Source: a virus
DNA: 64,000 nucleotides
Virus record (IMG/VR): IMGVR_UViG_3300048918_000116
Location: 7,245 to 71,244 of that record
Direction: 5' to 3' (one strand)
The translations under genes were made by a program, and so were the position numbers. Positions 31,367 to 40,268 of the stretch are shown here, in pieces; the first letter of the stretch is position 1; each line of letters starts with the position of its first letter. The notes below the pieces were generated by a model. That model had not been told where the DNA came from, made no database searches, and worked only from the letters and a program-made list of their open reading frames with translations.

Positions 31367-33769
31367 ATGATCTTTACATACGATCGCATTCCGGAAGAAA
31401 TGCGTTGGGATCGCGCCTGGTGTTTAGCCGGTCCTGACGATACAGGCAAGTATAAAGCTCCGCATAGTTTTGGCACAAGGGGGATCTTTAAAATCCCGCC
31501 TACCCAAACAGACCAATTGCGCGACCTAGAGGGTGTTATCGACGCTGCGGAGCTGTATAAGCCTTGCGGTATTGGTTTCATGCTGTCCAAAGACGACCCG
31601 TACACCTGCATTGATTTGGACATTAAAAATGAACGAAACGAACCAGACAAATCCAAATGGACTACTAACGAGCAGCTCGAGAGGTTTTGGAAAATCATAC
31701 GCGCTTTTGATAGCTATACTGAACGGTCCGTCTCAGGCTGTGGTTTCCATATTTGGATCAGAGGGAAAATTGGAAAGGGATGTAAGCGTGATGGAGTTGA
31801 GGTCTATAGTCAAGAACGCTTCATCGTATGCACAGGCGATGTCGTTGTTGACAAAGATATTGAAGACCGACAGGGGCTTTTGGATGTATTGGTCGCCGAA
31901 ATTGGAAACGCCAAACAAGGCAAAATTGAGCTTACAGATTTACTCGAATCCGATGACGATACGATCATCTTGGATCGAGCAAGAAATGCTGAAAACGCAG
32001 ATAAATTCAACAAGCTATACAGTGGGGATTGGGGAGGTTATCCTTCTCAGTCCGAAGCCGACTTGGCGCTTATGTCCATTTTCACGTTTTATACCAAGTC
32101 CAATGCACAGTGCCGACGTCTATTCCGAACTTCGAATCTGGGGAGGCGCTCGAAAGCTACCAAAAATGATCGTTACCTTAACGACACATTACGGCTTATC
32201 CGCGGGCGCGAAGCGCGGGAAGAAGAAGTAGAGTTCGCGGGCGCTGCTCAAGCTGCTGCCTTGCTAGCTAACCTCAACACACGCGAGGTTGTAGATCAGG
32301 AGACCGACGAAACAACGACCGAAGAAATACCTGCTCATCTTATTATGGATGACGCAGACTTACCTGAAGAAGAACTTGACGAAAATGCTAAGGGCCTTCC
32401 ATGGCCGCCCGGTTTAGTTGGCGAGATTTCGCGTTACATCTTTAATGGTGCGCCACGTCCAGTAAAAGAAGTTGCTATAGTGTCAGCACTTGGACTTATG
32501 GCTGGCGTATGCGGTAAAGCATTTAACATTCCGCAGTCTGGTTTGAATGTGTATATTGTTCTAGTAGCTAAGTCTGCTATTGGTAAAGAAGCGATGCACA
32601 GTGGTATCGCGAACCTTCTTGCGTACATTGCAGAATCTGTTCCTGCTGCTATGAGCTTTGTTGACTTTACCGACTATGCTTCAGGACCAGCGTTGACGAA
32701 AGCTGTAGCCGGCAATCCTAGCTTTGTAAACGTTTCCGGTGAATGGGGTCGTAAGCTACGTCGTCTAGGTATGGAAGACGGACGCGATGGGCCTATGCAA
32801 CAACTCCGCACAGTGATGACAAACCTGTACCAAAAGTCAGGGCCTAAGTCTATTGTCGGAGGTATTGGTTATTCAGATAAAGAAAAGAATGTAGCGTCAG
32901 TCTCTGGTGTAGCATACAGTATGATTGGCGAAACTACTCCGAGTACGTTTTACGACGCGCTTACAGAGTCAATGATGGAAGACGGCTTTCTAAGTCGGTT
33001 TACTGTTATTGAATACAACGGGGAGCGCCCGGCTAACAACAGCCGCGGAATTATTGCTCCTCACCAAGCGTTGAAGGATGCCTTGTGCAGTCTTTTCACA
33101 CAGGCCGCAGCACTCAACCAACGCTTTGAAACCCAAGAAGTCACGCGCAGTTACGAGGCAACACAAATACTTGACGCCTTTGACAAAGAATGCGATAGTA
33201 AGATCAATGGTAGCGAGGACGAAGGTTTCCGGCAAATGTGGAATCGCGCGCACCTTAAAGTGTACCGCATTGCTGCATTGCTCGCAGTAGCAGACGACCA
33301 TGTGAATCCGGTTATCAGCAAACTGCACACAGAGTGGGCGCTGGACGTCATACGGCGCGACATTGGTGTTATGAGTCGTCGTATTAGTTCTGGTGATGTT
33401 GGTGTAGGTGACTCTTCGCGCGAGAAAAAGATCCTTACCATTATTCATAAGTTCCTCAAAGAAGGTGCGCCACCTAGCTACGGCGTACCGGAAGAAATGC
33501 GCAAGAATGCAGTTGTTCCACGGAAGTACCTACAGATCTGCACACAGCGGGCGTCTAATTTTACGTCGCACCGCGGAGGTCAAAATATGGCACTTGACTT
33601 AACAATCAAGTCCCTTATTGATAGCGGATACTTGCAAGAGTATGCCAAAGACAAAGCTGCAAAAGACTTTGACTTCTTGGGTAAATGCTATCGTGTGATC
33701 ACTCTGCCTTTGAATACAGCCGAAGGTAGGGAGCTTCAAGCGACACGTAAAAGTTTAGGATCTAAGTAA
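31367..33769 (+). CDS. DNA primase-polymerase with C-terminal DUF3987-like/helicase-like region
   Basis: GIGF...CIDLD...YTERSVSGCGFHIW...EVYS prim-pol motifs; YPSQSEADLAL. Confidence 0.85.
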   Translation: MIFTYDRIPEEMRWDRAWCLAGPDDTGKYKAPHSFGTRGIFKIPPTQTDQLRDLEGVIDAAELYKPCGIGFMLSKDDPYTCIDLDIKNERNEPDKSKWTTNEQLERFWKIIRAFDSYTERSVSGCGFHIWIRGKIGKGCKRDGVEVYSQERFIVCTGDVVVDKDIEDRQGLLDVLVAEIGNAKQGKIELTDLLESDDDTIILDRARNAENADKFNKLYSGDWGGYPSQSEADLALMSIFTFYTKSNAQCRRLFRTSNLGRRSKATKNDRYLNDTLRLIRGREAREEEVEFAGAAQAAALLANLNTREVVDQETDETTTEEIPAHLIMDDADLPEEELDENAKGLPWPPGLVGEISRYIFNGAPRPVKEVAIVSALGLMAGVCGKAFNIPQSGLNVYIVLVAKSAIGKEAMHSGIANLLAYIAESVPAAMSFVDFTDYASGPALTKAVAGNPSFVNVSGEWGRKLRRLGMEDGRDGPMQQLRTVMTNLYQKSGPKSIVGGIGYSDKEKNVASVSGVAYSMIGETTPSTFYDALTESMMEDGFLSRFTVIEYNGERPANNSRGIIAPHQALKDALCSLFTQAAALNQRFETQEVTRSYEATQILDAFDKECDSKINGSEDEGFRQMWNRAHLKVYRIAALLAVADDHVNPVISKLHTEWALDVIRRDIGVMSRRISSGDVGVGDSSREKKILTIIHKFLKEGAPPSYGVPEEMRKNAVVPRKYLQICTQRASNFTSHRGGQNMALDLTIKSLIDSGYLQEYAKDKAAKDFDFLGKCYRVITLPLNTAEGRELQATRKSLGSK

Positions 33770-33822
33770 ATAGATTTAATGCTTTTGCGCTACAATATAA
33801 CTTAACTTAACAAGGAACAAAA

Positions 33823-34377
33823 ATGTCAAATTTCTGGTTAGTATCAAGAATGAACGAAGCGTTTGGAAACCCTGAAGGTGATCCAAGCAATATTGACATT
33901 GATCGCATCCGCAGTCAGTGCAAGAATATCTTGGACGAGTTTGTCGAGCTTATGGTTGCGCTCGGTGCAAACAAATCCCGCATTGAAGCAGCGCGTACAA
34001 GCTTCCTTGCCCAGTTGGTCTTTGACAGCAAGTTTGAAGACGACATTAGCCATGTACGCGATGCGCTTATTGACATCCACGTCTTTGCTTACGGCGCGCA
34101 TCACCTTATGGGTATCGATGCAGATCGCGACATGGGTTCTGTTATCAGCGGCGTAATGTCACGCTTTATCAAAGACGAAGCAGACAAAGAGGCAACTATC
34201 GCCAAACATGCAGCAAAAGGCGTCATCGAAGTCTACTTCGAAGGTGAATACCCTGCAATGATTATGAAGTCTGCTGTCGACCAACCTGACGCACCAAAAG
34301 GTAAGTTCCTGAAGTCCGCAAGCTACAAAGAGCCAGTGTTTTACCAACTGCATCCAACGCCGATCGTTAGCTGGTGA
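33823..34377 (+). CDS. MazG-like nucleotide pyrophosphohydrolase
   Basis: ILDEFVEL...VRDALIDIHVFAYG...GKFLK. Confidence 0.7.
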   Translation: MSNFWLVSRMNEAFGNPEGDPSNIDIDRIRSQCKNILDEFVELMVALGANKSRIEAARTSFLAQLVFDSKFEDDISHVRDALIDIHVFAYGAHHLMGIDADRDMGSVISGVMSRFIKDEADKEATIAKHAAKGVIEVYFEGEYPAMIMKSAVDQPDAPKGKFLKSASYKEPVFYQLHPTPIVSW

Positions 34378-34601
34378 TTCAGCGGCGCGTTTGATCCGCT
34401 AGTTTGATTTTGTAGTAAGCTGTGCCATGCCCGACATTCCAATTCGGTTAAGACATGGTGCAGGTCGTCCGGTGGTGTCTGGTAGCCCGTAAGGGTAGCG
34501 GCCCGTGGGCAACTTCTCTGAAGACCCAAAGGTGATCCGTGCATAAGTGAACTCTACTCAGTGAGCGATAACCCGGCAAGTCAGTGGAAAGCTGACTTTA
34601 A

Positions 34602-34690
34602 CTTCAAGTACGTCTTAAATGGAAAAGCGGTTCTGGTTGACGGGGCGGGATACCGGAGCGTCAGAGGTTCGAGTCCTCTCTTGAAGGCCA
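34602..34690 (+). ncRNA. tRNA-like RNA with aberrant anticodon arm (8-bp stem, 14-nt loop)
   Basis: Acceptor CTTCAAG/CTTGAAG-G-CCA; T arm AGAGG-TTCGAGT-CCTCT; GTTCTGGT/ACCGGAGC stem. Confidence 0.75.
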
Positions 34691-34774
34691 ACATTTGGGC
34701 ATCTGGATAAAGATGGCAGCTGAAACCAGCCCTGCCAGGCACCCTTAGCAGAGGGCCGGGTGTCCAAATGTTGG
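34688..34774 (+). ncRNA. long-stem structured RNA starting at the CCA of the tRNA-like element
   Basis: 19-bp closing helix CCAACATTTGGGCATCTGG/CCGGGTGTCCAAATGTTGG with G-U pairs; two inner hairpins. Confidence 0.6.
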
Positions 34775-34798
34775 TAAGACTAACTAACGGAGAAAGAA

Positions 34799-35221
34799 AT
34801 GACCACACTAGCTTCGCCAGCGGCTGCTCCCGCAGTCACGCAACAAGACCTCAACGATTGGTACGATCTGCAATCAAAGCTCGCTATCATTAAAGATCAA
34901 GAGATGGAATTGCGCAAGAAAATATTTAGCGCATACTTCCCATCGCCAACGGAAGGTGTCAATACTGCACCGCTGTCCGAAGGATGGGTGATCAAAGGTA
35001 CGCACAAGATTACACGTTCCATTGACGAAGCTATGCTCTTGGCAAAGCAGGACGAGCTTCTAAAAGAAGGTATTGCTATCAACGACCTTATCCGTCGCAA
35101 ACCGGAACTTAACCTTAAAGCCTACAAAGCTTTGCCCGACCGCGCGAGCCTCCTGTTTAGCCAAGTGCTTGACATCAAGCCTGGTTCACCTTCCCTTGAA
35201 ATTGTTAAACCAAAACGATAA
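34799..35221 (+). CDS. conserved phage protein of the replication module
   Basis: EMELRKKIF...FPSPTEGVNT...IKPGSPSLEI. Confidence 0.7.
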   Translation: MTTLASPAAAPAVTQQDLNDWYDLQSKLAIIKDQEMELRKKIFSAYFPSPTEGVNTAPLSEGWVIKGTHKITRSIDEAMLLAKQDELLKEGIAINDLIRRKPELNLKAYKALPDRASLLFSQVLDIKPGSPSLEIVKPKR

Positions 35222-35457
35222 TGCCTCGCAGCCGCTATACACAGGGACGAGCGGACGCCAACCGCTTGTTTGACTGGATTAGGGAAGAATACAACTTCCC
35301 TACTGACGCCAAAATGGCAAACGCATTGCATCTTGACTTTACTTTAATTAGTAAGTATAGAAGTGGAAAAGAGTTATTGAGTTCTTTAGGTCTTCTTGCA
35401 GTACACGAGTTCACTGGTTTACATCTCAAAACAATACTTGAAAAGGCACAAGGATAA
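35221..35457 (+). CDS. Cro/C1-type HTH protein (paralogue family C)
   Basis: NRLFDWI...TDAKMANAL...ISKYR...VHEFTG. Confidence 0.65.
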   Translation: MPRSRYTQGRADANRLFDWIREEYNFPTDAKMANALHLDFTLISKYRSGKELLSSLGLLAVHEFTGLHLKTILEKAQG

Positions 35458-35639
35458 ATTATGAGCATGCTACATACTGTTTCAACCATTGGTAGAGCCC
35501 TTGATCCAAATAGTAAAGAGCGGTATGGGCGTGTTGGCGAAGTACGTCTTACAGTAAGAGACGTACAAGCACTTCTTAACGACTGGAAGCGTTTGGATAA
35601 AGAAGTCCGTGAACTTAACGAATTAATGAAGGCTAAATA

Positions 35640-35963
35640 ATGTCGAATGAATTACTTGCAGTTAGCACTGCATTTGATGATATAGATGCGCAGATTAAGT
35701 TTGCTGCCGAGGTGACGGAAATTGTAGAACAGTTGAAGCAAATGCTCATCGCAAAGAACCGCAAGTATGGTGATGCGGCGCTTAATCCTTCACGCACGTT
35801 TGCAACGTCGTCTGCCGCTGAGCTTATTAATGTTCGCATTGACGATAAACTAAGCCGTATTAAAAACCGTCAAACCGACGACGATGAAGACCCAGAGTGG
35901 GACTTAATGGGCTATCTTGTTCTTAAGCGTATTGCTGTCAAGCGCGAAAAGGGTTCAAAATGA
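35640..35963 (+). CDS. nucleotide-modification-associated domain 1 (DUF1599-like) protein
   Basis: KNRKYGD...RIDDKLSRI...DLMGY. Confidence 0.7.
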   Translation: MSNELLAVSTAFDDIDAQIKFAAEVTEIVEQLKQMLIAKNRKYGDAALNPSRTFATSSAAELINVRIDDKLSRIKNRQTDDDEDPEWDLMGYLVLKRIAVKREKGSK

Positions 35964-36907
35964 CAATTAAAGCGATGCGGGCAGCAAACTACGATCCCGC
36001 TAAAATTAAGTTCCCCGTTTGGGCAGAGCCAAAGATTGACGGTGTACGAGGCTACAATCCGGACGGCATATTGCTAGCTCGCACAATGAAGAAGCTTAAG
36101 AACAAATATACAACGGAGTTCTTTAGCGGTCCGGACTATATAGGGTTTGACGGTGAGCTTGCAGCAAACCACGAATGTCATCCAGACTTGTGTCGTCTTA
36201 CGAGCAGTGCAGTAGGCACAATCGAAGGTAAGCCTTACGTCCTATGGCACATCTTTGACTACGTTACAGAAGCTACTCGTGGTCTGCCTTATTCGCGGCG
36301 CAAGGATATTTTGGAGCGCAAGATTCGCGATCTGCAAGCCAACGGAAAGTGTGGTTATCTACGGGTTGTTCCGCACATTGTTTGTAATAATATGGCAGAA
36401 TTAACGGCAGCCCATGAACACTTCATGGAGCTTGGTTACGAGGGGACTTGTTTCTATGGGCCTAATGTCACGCATAAAGAGGGCAAGAGTTCGCCTACGC
36501 ATAATGGGGTATTGCGTATTAAGGATTTTATCGATGCGGAAGCTGTTGTCCTTGAGATTGTCGAAGGTGAGACAAACAACAACGAAGCTCAAGTTAATGA
36601 ACTCGGGCGAACATTTCGTACCTCACATCAAGAGAACAAAGTCTCCAACGGAATGGTAGGTAGCATGACGTGCAAGATGTTAGACGACGTTTATGACCTA
36701 CATGACCATACAAAACTCTTGTTGGCTAAGCATCAAATTATTACCGTTTCGCCTGGCAAGATGACGGAAAAAGATCGCATTTACTATTTCCAGCATCAGA
36801 TTGGTTTAATTGGACAAGCGATCAAATTTAAGTTCTTTCCCAAAGGAATTAAAGACAAACCTCGCTTCCCTACATTTGAAAGCATACGCTTGCCTGAGGA
36901 CATGTAG
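35960..36907 (+). CDS. ATP-dependent DNA ligase
   Basis: EPKIDGVR, FDGEL, FD, GYEG, KPRFP motifs. Confidence 0.92.
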   Translation: MTIKAMRAANYDPAKIKFPVWAEPKIDGVRGYNPDGILLARTMKKLKNKYTTEFFSGPDYIGFDGELAANHECHPDLCRLTSSAVGTIEGKPYVLWHIFDYVTEATRGLPYSRRKDILERKIRDLQANGKCGYLRVVPHIVCNNMAELTAAHEHFMELGYEGTCFYGPNVTHKEGKSSPTHNGVLRIKDFIDAEAVVLEIVEGETNNNEAQVNELGRTFRTSHQENKVSNGMVGSMTCKMLDDVYDLHDHTKLLLAKHQIITVSPGKMTEKDRIYYFQHQIGLIGQAIKFKFFPKGIKDKPRFPTFESIRLPEDM

Positions 36908-36921
36908 ATACAAAATAGTTG

Positions 36922-36950
36922 TTGCACTGTTGCACTAAAAATCGCATAAT
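36922..36950 (+). promoter_or_regulatory. sigma70-type promoter
   Basis: TTGCAC-17 bp-CATAAT. Confidence 0.55.
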
Positions 36951-37022
36951 ATTACTTACCTGCTTCGGCAGAGATTAACCACACTAGCTTGTCGCTCGTG
37001 TGCTCTTACTATTGGAGCCGCA

Positions 37023-37862
37023 ATGAGTATTCTTGGAACTGTCAGTAACAGTCCTACGCAATCGGGTATCCGCATTGTTCTTAGCGGTGTTGAAAAGGTC
37101 GGCAAAACGACACTTTCTTGTAATGCCCCTCGGGTCTTGCTTGTACCGCTTGAAATGGGTACAGGAACGATGCAAGTCCACAAAACACCAATGCTGACCA
37201 GTTTCGCTCAAGTGATGGCTTTGCTTGACGAAATTATAGCAAGCGCCCAACAAGGTCAGTTTGCCTTTAAGACAATCGTCTTTGACAGCGCAACAGCACT
37301 GGAACGTTTGATTCACCTAAGTATTCTCGAGCTGGATCCAAGCTACGGCAAAGATAATAAGAAAGCTGTAACAATGGAATCCGCGCTCGGTGGCTACGGT
37401 AAAGCGTACACCTACGCAAACGAGCTCTTCGGTAACTTCCTCGCTAAATGCGACACCTTGGCCATCTACGGCCATATCAATATTGTGCTGACATGTCATG
37501 TCTTTGCAGCACAAGTCCTTGATCCTACTGCTGGTGAATACAACACTTGGGATCTTCTGCTACACTCCCCCAAAAATCAAAAGACTTACGGCAAGCGTGA
37601 AATGATTACGCAATGGGCCGACGTCATTGGCTTCTTGCATGAAACAGTTTTCATCAACGAAGGCAAGAATATGAATATGGGTGTAAGCTCTAACACAGGA
37701 CGTCAGCTTGCTGTAACCCGTACTCCCGGATACGTCGCTGGAAACCGTTACGGCGTTGTTGGACCTATCGCCATCCCGATGGTTAATGGATGGAACACGT
37801 TTGCGCACGAGCTTTATACTGCTTCGGGCGTTGATATTTTTAATAGGGATGTAGTAGCATGA
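37023..37862 (+). CDS. Sak4-like AAA ATPase (ssDNA annealing/recombination)
   Basis: GVEKVGKTT Walker A; TIVFDS; GGYGKAY; WADVIGF. Confidence 0.85.
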   Translation: MSILGTVSNSPTQSGIRIVLSGVEKVGKTTLSCNAPRVLLVPLEMGTGTMQVHKTPMLTSFAQVMALLDEIIASAQQGQFAFKTIVFDSATALERLIHLSILELDPSYGKDNKKAVTMESALGGYGKAYTYANELFGNFLAKCDTLAIYGHINIVLTCHVFAAQVLDPTAGEYNTWDLLLHSPKNQKTYGKREMITQWADVIGFLHETVFINEGKNMNMGVSSNTGRQLAVTRTPGYVAGNRYGVVGPIAIPMVNGWNTFAHELYTASGVDIFNRDVVA

Positions 37863-38164
37863 GTACGAACATTGTAAGACATCAACATGCGTTATTTGAT
37901 GCGATTCGGGAGAACTTTATCGTAAAGAATGAGTTCGAACTTGCTTGCGCACTTAACATATCAAGAACGCATGTAGCAAAACTTCGTATGCGGTTGATTC
38001 CAGTTACGGATGAAGTTATCCTTTCCGCACACGATGCAACAGGTTGGCCCATTTCTAAGATCAAGGAATTGGTTGCTGAATCTAAACTTCAATCTGTAAC
38101 TGTGAGGAAACGTCAAAATGGTAACAAAGAAAACAGTAGCAAAGACTCCGGCACCGCGTCTTAG
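37859..38164 (+). CDS. Cro/C1-type HTH protein (paralogue family C)
   Basis: LFDAI...KNEFELACAL...VAKLR...PV...AHDATG. Confidence 0.65.
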   Translation: MSTNIVRHQHALFDAIRENFIVKNEFELACALNISRTHVAKLRMRLIPVTDEVILSAHDATGWPISKIKELVAESKLQSVTVRKRQNGNKENSSKDSGTAS

Positions 38165-38312
38165 TGCGGAAGACAAAAAGTGGATGGCGCGTGACGACTT
38201 GCGTACCATCCAACAAGCGCAGAGTATCGCAGCTGATCCAAAGCGCATGAAAGCAGCGCAGCAAGAAGCACAAGCGCAGGTCAAGGCGCTTCAAAGTATT
38301 GCAAAGAAGTAG
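38118..38312 (+). CDS. small hypothetical protein
   Basis: KWMARDDLRTIQQAQSIAADPKRMKAA; basic, helical. Confidence 0.55.
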   Translation: MVTKKTVAKTPAPRLSAEDKKWMARDDLRTIQQAQSIAADPKRMKAAQQEAQAQVKALQSIAKK

Positions 38313-38369
38313 ATTTAAACCGCGTTGCTGTCTGGCGGATAACAGACAGCAAACAACTTAGGATTTAAA

Positions 38370-39185
38370 ATGACAGCATTTTCTTTTAATGCAAAAACAG
38401 TTGAACCGGATCAGGGCCGTATTGGTGCATTGCCCGCTGGATGGTATCCTGTGTCTGCAGACGAAACCGAACTGAAGCCTACAGGTAACGGCGGCGGCGA
38501 ATACATCAATGTTCGTTTCACCATTCTTGACGGCCCTTACAAGAACAGCAAGTTCTGGCATCGCTTCAATACAAAGAACCTCAGCGACAAAGCGGTCGAA
38601 ATTGGCTACAAACAACTCAGCGCGCTGATGCATGCAATTAACGTGCTTGAAATCAAAGTGCTAGCGCAACTGCAAAACGTCCCACTGTTCGTCAAGGTGA
38701 AGTTGGTTCCTGCTGAATACGAACCTGACGGCGTTACTGTCAAGTACGAAGCTAAAAACGAAATCACTGCATTCCGTTCAATCACCGACGAAGCAGCTCG
38801 TGCAGGTTTCCAAGGTGTCGGCGCCAAGCCAGCCGCAGCAAAAGCTCCACCTCCACCAACTGCGGCAGTAGCAGCGCCGGCAGCAGGTTGGAAACCTCCT
38901 GTAGCGGAACAACCATGGACTCCCCCAAACACGGCAGCGGCAGTCGCAGCAGTAGTTCAGGCTCCGGTTGCCGCTGCCGTGACGGCTCCGGTTACTTCTA
39001 CAGTGACCCAGACCTCGGCCCCTGCTGCTGCACCAGTAGTTCAACCAAGTTGGGCAACTGCGCCAGCTACGGTTGCCGTGGCCCCGACGACGACGGCTGT
39101 CCCATCACAGGAACAGCCTGCTGCCCAGGCTGAAGCTCCGGCTAGCACAGAAGTTCCACCTTGGATGGTTCCGCCAGCAGAGTAA
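38370..39185 (+). CDS. single-stranded DNA-binding protein (DUF669-like)
   Basis: ALPAGWY...FTILDGPY...AVEIG...NEI; Pro/Ala tail ending PPW. Confidence 0.8.
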   Translation: MTAFSFNAKTVEPDQGRIGALPAGWYPVSADETELKPTGNGGGEYINVRFTILDGPYKNSKFWHRFNTKNLSDKAVEIGYKQLSALMHAINVLEIKVLAQLQNVPLFVKVKLVPAEYEPDGVTVKYEAKNEITAFRSITDEAARAGFQGVGAKPAAAKAPPPPTAAVAAPAAGWKPPVAEQPWTPPNTAAAVAAVVQAPVAAAVTAPVTSTVTQTSAPAAAPVVQPSWATAPATVAVAPTTTAVPSQEQPAAQAEAPASTEVPPWMVPPAE

Positions 39186-39244
39186 TCCGACTACGGTGTG
39201 CGAGCGAATGTCAAGAGGCCAGTAGCTCGTAGTTAGTCCGTAGA

Positions 39245-39268
39245 GGCGCCCTTTTCGGAGGGCGTTTT
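39245..39268 (+). terminator. intrinsic terminator
   Basis: GGCGCCCTT-TTCG-GAGGGCGTT-TT. Confidence 0.7.
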
Positions 39269-39359
39269 AAAGTGACGAATGCAACAAAAGCTGAAAGCAA
39301 TTGCAAATACGCGGATACTCGGGATTAGCGCCGAGCGTCACTTTAAAACTGGAGGAATA

Positions 39360-40268
39360 ATGGCTATAATTGTCGCAAAAAAGACTAAAGCAGCAATTGA
39401 TGCAATGTTGGAAGCGGATCAAGGCGCTCGTTACCGCACGACGTTGAAAAATGTTATCCCACACATGGGCGACGCATATCGCGGAGCTGACGATGGGTTT
39501 CGGTCACACCTTGGAGCATCACAGATTGGTAAGGTGTGCGATCGTGCGCTATGGTACGGTTTTAGATGGGCAGTTAAGCCCAAGTTTATTGGTCGTATGT
39601 TACGACTGTTTAACCGTGGACACCTAGAGGAAGCACGTTTCATTGCGCTACTGTTATCCATTGATGTAAAGGTATGGCAGCAAGACGCTAACGGGAACCA
39701 ATTCCGTATTAGCGAATTTGGAGGCCACTTTGGAGGTTCGGGCGATGGTGTGGGCATGGGAATTCCGGACATTGAACTTAATAGTCCGTGCGTACTTGAA
39801 TTCAAAACCCACAACGATAAGTCTTTTAAAAAACTCATTACTGATGGTGTGAAAGCTGTAAAGCTAGAGCATTGGGTACAGATGCAGTCTTACATGCGAA
39901 AGATGGGCATTCCTGTCGCTTTGTATGGAGCGGCTAATAAGAACGATGACGAGTTGTATTTCGAGATTGTACATCTTGATACTGTTGCGGCAGACATTTA
40001 CATCCAACGTGCCCACACTATAATCTTCACGCGGACTCCACCAGATAAAATCCATGACTCAACAGGTTGGTATGAATGCAAATACTGCGACCAAAACACG
40101 GTCTGTCATCTTGGTGCGGAACCAGCGCGTAACTGTCGAACTTGTCACTTTGTCTCCTTTGAGGCTGACGGTACAGTTGCATGCCGCAATCCCTTTGGAC
40201 CAAAAGCCAAGCAAACCCTAACAAAAGAAGATCAACTTTCGGCCTGTACTGAATACGAGAAATTCTGA
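39360..40268 (+). CDS. Cas4-like/PD-(D/E)xK exonuclease
   Basis: RSHLGASQIG.VCDR...GSGDG...LEFKT...QMQSYM...CKYC; start after GGAGG. Confidence 0.85.
   Translation: MAIIVAKKTKAAIDAMLEADQGARYRTTLKNVIPHMGDAYRGADDGFRSHLGASQIGKVCDRALWYGFRWAVKPKFIGRMLRLFNRGHLEEARFIALLLSIDVKVWQQDANGNQFRISEFGGHFGGSGDGVGMGIPDIELNSPCVLEFKTHNDKSFKKLITDGVKAVKLEHWVQMQSYMRKMGIPVALYGAANKNDDELYFEIVHLDTVAADIYIQRAHTIIFTRTPPDKIHDSTGWYECKYCDQNTVCHLGAEPARNCRTCHFVSFEADGTVACRNPFGPKAKQTLTKEDQLSACTEYEKF

Noticed and set aside
34519-34545. Hammerhead core CTGAAGA in the ncRNA cluster
   Set aside because: Followed by GAT rather than GAAA and no convincing stems I and III
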